This document shows positions 51,801 to 60,800 of a DNA stretch of 64,000 nt, in pieces. The stretch lies in assembly GCA_965113315.1 (NCBI GenBank), contig OZ220373.1. The stretch is one strand, 5' to 3'. The position numbers and the translations under genes are program-made. The notes under the pieces were generated by a model. The model saw only the letters and a program-made list of their open reading frames with translations. It was not told where the DNA came from and did not search any database. Source of the stretch: Podarcis vaucheri. Lineage: Eukaryota. Positions within the stretch are counted from its first letter, which is position 1; each line of letters starts with the position of its first letter.

Positions 51801-54800
51801 TGGGGTGGTGCAATTAATATGTTTGACTGAGTGCCCCTTTGGTGAGGTTATGTTAGATTTCTGGTAGCTGATTTTTCATTTTACTTCAATTCTAGCATGT
51901 TTCCTCACTTCATTTTTGTTCGTTAAACATTGCATGCTACTTTTCTAAAGCAAATAAAATGCCATTTTTTTGTTTTCTTATTAGATTCTGCGTGTGCTTG
52001 GTGAAAATGCAATTGCTGTTCGAACAAAAGCCATGAAGTGTTTGTCTGAGGTTGTTGCTGTAGATCCCAGCATTCTAGCCAGGGTAAACAAAGAAAACAC
52101 TCTGTAACCATACACACATTTTTCTCACAAGCAGCTTTTATGGTTTCCCTCACTTTGTGTTTCTTTCTTGCTTGTTGCTTATAGCTTGACATGCAACGTG
52201 GTGTCCATGGACGGTTGATGGACAATTCCACTAGTGTACGAGAAGCAGCCGTGGAATTGCTTGGTCGGTTTGTGCTTTGTCGACCACAGCTTGCTGAACA
52301 GTATTATGACATGCTGATTGAGCGAATACTGGTATGGCTGCTTTTAAATTCTAACGTTTTATGTTCAATGTTTACATAGCTCTTTATGATGAAATAAATA
52401 TGATGGTCCTCTGTTCACCTCTGTTGAAACATAGTTTCTGACAAGCATCTCAAACTGCAATAGTGAGCATTAAGAAGATTTTTTTCTCCATTTGTAAGGA
52501 TTTTACACTGTTTTAGCTTATTAATCATAGTACTGTGCAGTCTTGTTTTAATAGACATTATATTAGTTATCTGTTGCTAATCAGCTTATTATAGCTGCCC
52601 TATGTGTTGTAAGATGGGTAACATGCTGATTTTTTCCCCAGCATTAAAATTTTTCTTTCTTTTGCTTCTTCAGGATACTGGTATTAGTGTCAGAAAAAGA
52701 GTCATAAAGATTCTTAGGGATATCTGCATTGAACAACCAACATTTCCCAAAATTACAGAAATGTGTGTGAAAATGATTCGCAGAGTCAACGATGAAGAAG
52801 GCATTAAGGTACAGTAAACAAATCACTTACTACAGGGGTGAGCAGCCTCTGACCTGTGCGCCCATCTTGGTTGGCAGGGGTTCCAGTTTTGCCTGTGAGG
52901 TCATTTCCCTCAAACCAGGCCCACCTGTCCATCCACTGAAGTCATGGCATGCTGCTAAGGCAGGATTAAACCCTGTCCTCATGCCCATCAGCTGACATCC
53001 TGCCCTTAGCAGCATGCCATGTTTCCAGCAAGTAACAGGATTGTGCAGCCGGGACAGCGGGACTGAGCAGGGATTAAAGGACTTCTCAAAAGCAGTGTTT
53101 GGATCTCCTGTGAGCAGTGGGTGGTTGCTGCTTCAGGAGGGTGGGGGTTGCTTGACTGAGGCTATATTGGCGCTGATTTCCCTTCCATTCAAGTTGAACT
53201 GCTAGTGATGTGTGTCTAGTGGACTGTGCTTTTTCTAGACTCTTGTTGGTAGTTTAGAGACTCTGGAGAGCTACTTTTACCTAATCAATATCTATCCATT
53301 TTATTTCCAGAAACTGGTAAATGAGACATTCCAGAAGCTGTGGTTTACTCCAACTCCCCATAATGACAAAGAAGCAATGACCAGGAAAATATTGAACATT
53401 ACAGATGTGGTATGAGAGTGCTATTGTTCCCATTGACTAATGTATCAATTGTGATAAATTGAGTTGTGTCTGACGTGTTCTAATTTTGTTATTGTCCTTG
53501 ACATGATTGGTGATTATCCTCTGTCCCTAGTGTTGGTTTATTCTTTAAAGACTGAGAGTTCTCATACTGTAGCGCTCAAGCAAATGTTGCAGTTTGCACA
53601 CATCTCCCTTGATACATGTAAAATACTCTGGGTCTTTAGTGAGGTTCCCTATAACTAATCACCTATTCTAGTATAGCATGTATGTCGGATTGAAGTTCAT
53701 TAAGTAAACATAACGTTAAATGGATTCAGATATTTTCAAGAGAGTTTAACAATACTCCTGCAGTACAGTGGTACCTCGAGTTACAAACGTCTCAGCTTAC
53801 AAATGCTTCAAGTTACAAACTCCGCTAACCTGAAAGAGTTACCTCGAGTTGAGAACTTTGTCCCAGGATAAGAATGGAAATTGTTTGCTGGTGGTGCAGC
53901 AGCAGCAAGAGGCCCCATTAGCGGAAGCACGCCTCTAGTTAAGAACAGTTTCAGGTTAAGAATGGACCTCCGAAACAAATTAAGTTTGTAACTAGAGGTA
54001 CCACTGTATAATATTTTTATAGTTTTCATTTATATAAAGCAGATTTCATGTTTATTTGACATTGTTTCCAAAAACATTTGGTCTGCTTTGGTCTTAAGTT
54101 GATGATTAATGAACTTAGATGGTGTTTCAAATATTTGAGATGCTATTCAGAAACCTATTAGTACTATGAATGAGCATGTCACTTTACAGAGCCTAATAGG
54201 AAAGAGGTCCCTGCTTCAAAAATAATGTAGGTTAGACAGAGTGAAGGGACAGTAACATAAAGCAATAGTCATAAGGTTAGAAAAAACTTACATTTGGTAT
54301 ATTACTATTGTGGGTGACGCTGTGGTCTAAACCACTGAGCCTCTTGGGCAGTTGGCAGTTGGCAGTTGGAATCCGCATGACAGGGTGAGCTCCCATTGCT
54401 CTCTCCCAGCTTCTGCCAGCCCAGCAGTTCTAAAGCACACTAGTGCAAGTAGATAAATAGGTACCACTGCGGCAGGAAGGTAAATGGAGTTTCCATGTAT
54501 TCTGGCTTCCATCACGGTGTTCTGTTGTGCCAGAAGCAGTTTAGTCATGCTAGCCACATGACCTGGAAAGCTGTCTGTGGACAAACACTGACTCCCTTGG
54601 CCTGAAGCGAGATGAGAGCTGCACCCCATAGTCACCTTTGACTGGACTTAGCTGTCCAGGAGTCCTTTACCTTTTCTTATTGATGTTTTAATATTCACAT
54701 ATGTTACTGTAGAAAAGTTACATGCAAATGAATTTTCATTTTCTCTTAGGTTGCAGCTTGTAGAGATACAGGGTATGATTGGTTTGAACAGCTTCTTCAA

Positions 54801-57800
54801 AATGTAAGTAACTGTTCAGATAACTTAATTTTTTCTAAAAATGGAACTCCCTCAGTTTGAGGTTTATACTGAATGGGGTAGGCTGTGGAATGGGAGTTTG
54901 AAAGTGAAGGTGGATTCTTGAGGTTGCTTCCAGAAATGGGAGCAAGACCTTTTGGGGAAGCCATTTCAGAGAGGGGGTTGCCAGGAGAGTGTGAGGAAAG
55001 TCACCCTCCTCCAACCCCACTACACACACTTTTCTTTTGCTCCAATGCACTGCTTGCAAATTATTGGCCTATTGACACTTGCTTCCCGTGTGTGGCAGAA
55101 ATATAGTTCTTTCCTATTTTTACATGCTTTCATATGAAGATGGCTTGTATATTCTCAGAATCTAGCCATGAGTATCAACATTGTCCATATTGTATATCTT
55201 TGTAGTTGCTAAAATCTGAAGAAGATGCTTCATATAAGCCTGTAAAGAAAGCCTGTACTCAGCTTGTGGATAATTTGGTTGAACACATTCTGAAGTATGA
55301 AGAATCTCTGGCAGGTAAAACAGTTATTTACATTCCATTCATAAGCTATGCAGAATTTTTTGTGGGTAGCAGAGCTCCAGGTGGAATTCAAGTTACCCTT
55401 CCACATGACTGTATGAATTATTGCAGAAGTGTGTTCATATATAAACCTCATGTAGTGAGGTGTGTGCCTCCAACACTGTTAGCTTTCAGGAGGAATTTGA
55501 GAACATTCCTGTCTACCAGGCATTTGGTGGCTAAAGAATACTGTAAGGGCCATCCTGAGATCACTGGATGAAATATTTTTACCTGTAACTTTTCAGGTAT
55601 TTTTAATGGTAACTGTTTTAGAATGCTTTTTAAAATTTGTTGTGGATGAGTTTGTTGTCTTGGTCCCCTTAGAGGGGAAGAGTGGCAGATAAATTCAATA
55701 AATGAAATACACTTGATCATGTGATTGTGTAGCTAGAAAGCAGGTACAGGAGGACCTGTTCACATTGAGCGAAAGCTTCTTATGACCCAGCCTTCAGAAC
55801 TATATCCATTACAAAATGAAGCACACAGCGCACATTTTATGGTCTTAAACTGATTGCAATAGTTCTGTACTTGTGAAATTAAAACCCATCTAAATAATGT
55901 TCCCATGGAAGCTTTGAGTGTTGCAGGGGAAGCAGATGTTTCATGTCAAACCAGAAAGTAGACAGGAACAGGATAAAAGACAGCTCCAAGGGGGCACTGT
56001 TGGATGAAACATTCTCCTCCTAAGGCATCTACACCTTGCTGGTGGAGCTGGCTGGTTTGTTAAAGGGCCCTTGCCTTATTTTGTAGCCTTTGACTTCTGC
56101 AAGACTGAAGTACAGTAGGGCACTCGTCCTCGAGTCAGAGGAGGATGGTAGCACTGTGCCCTCTGATGGGTGAAGGGGGACAAATGAGATATTCACAGTT
56201 CTCCCCTCCCCAGGAAGCAGCACATGGACCTGGCCATTGCAAGCAGCTTCAGTTCTAATTCTGCTTGTTGATTTAATTGTCCATAATATATCCAGGATGC
56301 ACATGCTACAAAATAATACTAACAACAGTTTTTGTATATTTGAACATCTTAATGGAATATTAGTTAAGTGTGTTTGTGTGTGCATATGTATACTTACATT
56401 TTTTTCTTTATTTTTCAGATTCCGACAATAAGGGTGTGAATTCAAGTTGCTTGGTAGCTTGCATAACCACTTTGTTCTTATTCAGCAAAATCAGGCCCCA
56501 GTTAATGGTCAAACATGCCATGACCATGCAGCCATATCTTACCACTAAATGCAGTGTAAGTACTCCTTACTGTTTCCCCACATTGCCTCTGCTTATGTTA
56601 TGTGAAACTCATGATTTGAAGTGAAAATTGGAAGCAGCAAAGTTATTGGCTTTCCCTATTGACTTTTAGGCACCAGACCTAGGTAACCTATTCCCGAGGA
56701 ATCTGGGGTTGCCCTGATTTGCTCCTTTATTTTTATATTGGTTATCTGCATAGGAAACAGTTGTAAACATCTTGCTGCTTTTAAATTTGCAAACTGGAGA
56801 TCACGGGTTGGGAAAAAGTTTGATAGTCCTCTCTTGTGCCTCAGAAAGCATTCCTTTTCAGGCAGATTACTCTTCTTTAATTCAGGGTAGCTTCAAACCT
56901 TATGTGCCCAATAGGTTTGCATGGTCTCCAATGCTTCCCTCGGCAAATGGGTAAAGTGTGATAACATGCAGACACTGTGTGTACACATCAGAAGGGACCT
57001 TATTAGACAAATATCTACATGTTAGTCTTATATGCTTTTTTGTTTGCTTCAGGGCAGTTTCAGCTCCAGGTTTTGGAGATGGTTTCCATGCCCCTTCCCC
57101 AGTAAGCCTACCTCCTCACTGCAGCAGGTCTAGGGGGCCCTTTACAGTGAGCTCTGTTGGGGTATGGGCCCTTCTCATATGCCCATTCGTGTCAACCCTT
57201 GCTGATGCTAGTTTAACATTTACGGTATTTATTTATAATAAAGTTGCTAACTGTTTAAACTCACATACTGGCAACTGTTTTTTTCTATCTGCAATATAAT
57301 TTTTAATATTCCATTCAAGGTGTATTTGTAAACAGATGGAATTGATCACTAGGAGTGATTGTTACTCACTTTATTCAGATATGTAGTAGTATAACAGCAC
57401 AAGAAGAGTGAAGAATCTTAACCATATGCAATATTTTTCTGTAGAGTCAAAATGATTTCATGGTGATCTGCAACGTTGCAAAAATTTTAGAATTAGTAGT
57501 GCCACTGATGGAACATCCGAGTGAGACTTTCCTTGCTACTATTGAAGAAGATCTCATGAAGCTTATAATCAAATATGGCATGACAGTAAGGTTTAATTTC
57601 TACTTCAAACTCAATTTGCATTAGCATGGTACTCATGTTAAATAAGACTGACTTCATATTTTTGTAATGGTTTTTACTGCACTTTATTTGCATTAGTCTT
57701 CTTATGGAGATGTTAGTTTTCTTATAGAAAAGAAAGCTAGAAATATATTAGAATAAAATTGTATTCTCATAATAGCCCCAGAGCTTTCAGCTTTTGACAT

Positions 57801-60800
57801 CTGCTAAAATAAGAGCAAGATGTTGATTTCTCCACAGACTGCTTTGTATTGTCTTAGAAATTACTTCTAACAAAATCTAATGTGTTCTGCTTTGTTTCTA
57901 GGTAGTGCAACACTGTGTCAGCTGTCTTGGGGCTGTTGTAAACAAGGTCACTCAGAATTACAAATTTGTATGGGCCTGCTTTAATAGATACTATGGTAAG
58001 TAAATTTTTATGCAGAATTTTCATTATTTGAAAGTTAATTAAACATCTAATAGGAAAAGAAACTATGAAGACAAGTATTCTTCATTTTTTGCAGGTGCAC
58101 TTTCAAAATTAAAAAGTCAACATCAAGAAGACCCAAACAGCACTATACTTACAGCAAATAAACCAGCACTCCTTAGATCCCTTTTCACTGTTGGTGCACT
58201 GTGTCGGCATTTTGATTTTGATCAAGAAGATTTTAAAGGCAACAGCAAGGTAAACATTCAGTATTTATTTGCTTACTACTACATTTGGATAGACTGACAT
58301 TTGGGGAAAAAATAAACTTAGATGAGCAGATTTTCCTATGTGATTGCTTTTTAAATGAATGAAAATTTTCCCAAGCTTTTTCCCCTGAATTATCCACATT
58401 GTTTCCCCTTTAAATAGGTTAACATTAAGGATAAAGTACTTGAGCTGCTGATGTATTTTACCAAACATTCAGATGAGGAGGTACAAACAAAAGCCATTAT
58501 TGGTCTAGGTAAGAACCTCGAAATACTGTGGTATTAGATGCACACAGATTTGCCTATAGTGGAATTCTGCTACCAAAGTTCTGTTGGTGGAAGCAAGAAA
58601 GATAGCTTCTGCTGATTTCTGCTTTTCCCTGCAGCCTCCTACATGCACCATCTGCTCCAGAGAGTTGGTAGATGGCAGGTGGAACTGGAAATTTGCAAGG
58701 GAAAGGAGAAATTGGTGGAAAATGCCTCCTGTCCCTCCTCCAGAAGTAACCTGCACTGGATTGAAGTTGCTTTGATAATAGAAGTTACCTTTGCATTTGC
58801 TGAACAGACACTCAGGATTAATTATGAGTTCTTGGTTATGATGATTCAGAGCAATTGCTATTTAAATATAGGCAGTGACCATTTTGTGCTGACATGATGT
58901 CCTTTTGGATCCAGAAGGGGGCGGAACAGGGGCAGGACAGAATAATATGCACTCTGCCGACACGCACAAGGGCCAGGAATGGAACCCCTATGCAGAATGG
59001 TCGACACCATGAGAATTTGCTTCTGTGTTGGGATAGATTATTGTAAGAGTTCAGTTCTATGCAAGCAAGTTTTACACTTCAGAGAAATTCTAATGCTTCT
59101 AAAATGGGCTAGTACCCACTTTGTGTATCTATAAACTTTTTGTGTCCTGTCGTAAGGCAGCTAATATTATTCCACAATGTGCTACAGTATCTTTTCAAAA
59201 GGAATTTGAAATAAAGTTGCCTGCAAATATGAATGTGGCCTTTTATAAACACTCAGGACTTTCTTTTAAAATCTGCTTCAGTAAAAGGATATACCAAATT
59301 GTATCATCTTATTTTCTTTCAGGGTTTGCATTCATACAACACCCAGGTCTAATGTTTGAACAAGAAGTGAAAACATTATACAACAGCATACTCTCTGATA
59401 AGAACAGCTCAGTAAACTTAAAAATCCAGGTGTTAAAAAATCTCCAAACATACCTCCAAGAGGAAGATACACGGATGCAACAGGCAGATAGAGAATGTGA
59501 GTGATGAGCATTGTTGCACTTTAAGTAAACATTTTAAAGAAGTAATTAATATCAAGTAACTGCAACTTAGTTTTCAGTTCCATCTCTGATGATGTTTTCA
59601 CAAAGAGCTTTCTGTGCATTGAAAACTTTACAGATAATGGGATAACAAATTAGGAAAGATCTATACGTGCAGCAGAATGAAATGGTTGAATGCAGTTTAA
59701 GCAGTAAACCTAAGGTGTATAATCACATTTTGAATGCACCCCCCAAAGTAAAAACATATTTGCAAGAAGAAAAGTGGCGTAGCAGTGAAAGTGCTGTGCC
59801 AGAACCGTGTGTGTGTGTGTGTTGCTTTTCAGAGAAGGTTTCTTGAGAGGGAGCATTAAAAGCATAGCAACTACCACCTGGAGTATGAAGTGGTACAGTC
59901 TGCTCTTCCACTTTAGCTTTTTTCATATGTAGAAAAGGACTTAAACAATGGCTGTTAAAAGTAGTTTCTCCATCATTGGAGGCAGCTACCCTGGAGTGAA
60001 TTACTCCTCCCACTTGCTTCAGCAGGCGGGGCTTATGCAAATTATTCAAAGAACCTTTGTCAATGGCAGTTGCAAAAGTAACTGCTGTTTTCCAGTTTCT
60101 CACCTACTTGCTCTAGAGTGCTGGGGCTTCTGAGGAGCTCTGGCTCAGTTTTCAACTATACTTGGATTTTTTCGAGCAATTGCTGCAAACTCCCCCCCCC
60201 CCAAACTTGGAATTGGTGGCAGGTTCTTTTAGAAGAAAGACTTATCTGGATAGTTAAACTAGAAGGCACTTCCCCTTCCAGTCTTTCTTCTACCTCTGTA
60301 GTAAACCACAACAGAAATGATATTGTGTGGTTTCATATCCTGAAATAAGCAATGCTTTTCTCCTGTAGAGGTAATGAAACTTTAAGCATTTGCAGCTGAA
60401 AACAACAAAGAAGTTTATGCTCCTCCATGTTTTTGACACAGGTATCAAGCTTGGGCTTAAACTGTATCTTTTGATCTTCAGCGGTGATGGTATTTCTGAA
60501 GAGGCCTTTCAGTCATCCCAATTATTGAGGAGGCACATGCTGAAATGTTGTGATGTTATATTGATGAAATGAGTTAGTAGGGAAGAATGAGATGCTGTTT
60601 CTGTGTTTCCAGCAAAGCATACAAATGTTGGACCAGGGATTCGGTTAGGAAGGAGTTAAGCAGTACGACTAAAAAATTGCACATACCTCCTTAGGAAGCC
60701 TGTTCCCAACCTGTGTTCCATATAGTATGAAAAACCATATACATGTATATAATGTGATAAAAAGTGTTGATAAAACATCTCCTTTCGTTTCTGTTTTTTT

